Of a stretch of 64,000 bases of DNA, positions 63,625-64,000 are shown one piece after another. The stretch is taken from NCBI RefSeq assembly GCF_000143415.4, contig NW_003314276.1, positions 1,724,107 to 1,788,106 of the forward strand. Direction: 5' to 3'. Made by a program: the position numbers and the translations under genes. Below the pieces are notes generated by a model that saw only the letters and a list, made by a program, of their open reading frames with translations, was not told the DNA's origin and made no database searches. Source of the DNA: Selaginella moellendorffii. Lineage: Eukaryota; Plantae; Lycopodiophyta. Within the stretch, counting starts at the first letter, position 1, and each line of letters starts with the position of its first letter.

Positions 63625-64000
63625 ATGTCCAGCTCGTGGACTGGACTTTCCAGCTCATGGAGCCGCCGCCAGTGGATCCAAGCGATCCAATCGTGCAAAA
63701 CGTTGTCCGAAGCGGCGAGGATCCACTCGCTGGCGGAGAAGATCTTTGCCAGCGACGACGCCCTGATCGTCACGAAGCTGATCGAGATGTATGGCAAATG
63801 CGGGAGCGTGAGGAAGGCCCGGGCGATTTTCGACGCCATCCCGGGCTCTCGCAGGGATTCCTTCGCGTGGGTCGCGATGCAGTGCGTGTACGCGCGCAAC
63901 GGCGAGTTGGACGAGGCCAGGGCGCTGTTTGATGCGATGCCGGAGAGGGATCTTGCAGCATGGAATGCGATGCTTTCAGCATTTGCCCGTCTTGGGCATT
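63625..64000 (+). CDS. PLS-class pentatricopeptide repeat protein (5' part; runs off the window)
   Basis: Open frame from ATG 63625, absent from the ORF track: ...TKLIEMYGKCGSVRKARAIFDAI...YARNGELDEARALFDAMPERDLAAWNAMLSAFARLGH. Confidence 0.92.
   Translation, partial: MSSSWTGLSSSWSRRQWIQAIQSCKTLSEAARIHSLAEKIFASDDALIVTKLIEMYGKCGSVRKARAIFDAIPGSRRDSFAWVAMQCVYARNGELDEARALFDAMPERDLAAWNAMLSAFARLGH

Noticed and set aside
63573-63932. 119-aa ORF from the track
   Set aside because: Wrong frame; the PPR frame starts at 63625 and stays open to the window end.

Overview
Eukaryotic plant nuclear DNA. Very short introns (about 45-60 nt), dense gene packing and a PLS-class PPR gene point to the lycophyte Selaginella; this assignment is an inference. 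The left ~43 kb is a C-to-T-eroded retrotransposon nest. It holds several Ty3/gypsy elements (some nested in each other), one Ty1/copia, a LINE, a PICKLE/CHD3 pseudogene fragment, a 100-N gap and three copies of a CYP72-clan cytochrome P450 (one intact, one frameshifted, one split by the copia). The right ~19 kb is compact and genic: RING-H2 E3 ligase, TGA bZIP, urease, NPF transporter, tRNA-iMet, SCAMP, tRNA-Pro, an nsLTP-like gene, a rhodanese and the start of a PPR gene. The most notable unannotated signal is a family of miniature LTR elements whose ~195-bp LTRs carry the A-box to C-box core of 5S rRNA, i.e. Cassandra-like TRIMs (two degraded two-LTR copies and one solo LTR with a TSD). Their termini match those of a gag-pol-encoding gypsy element that hosts one of them. 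All alignments were done by eye and no database searches were run.
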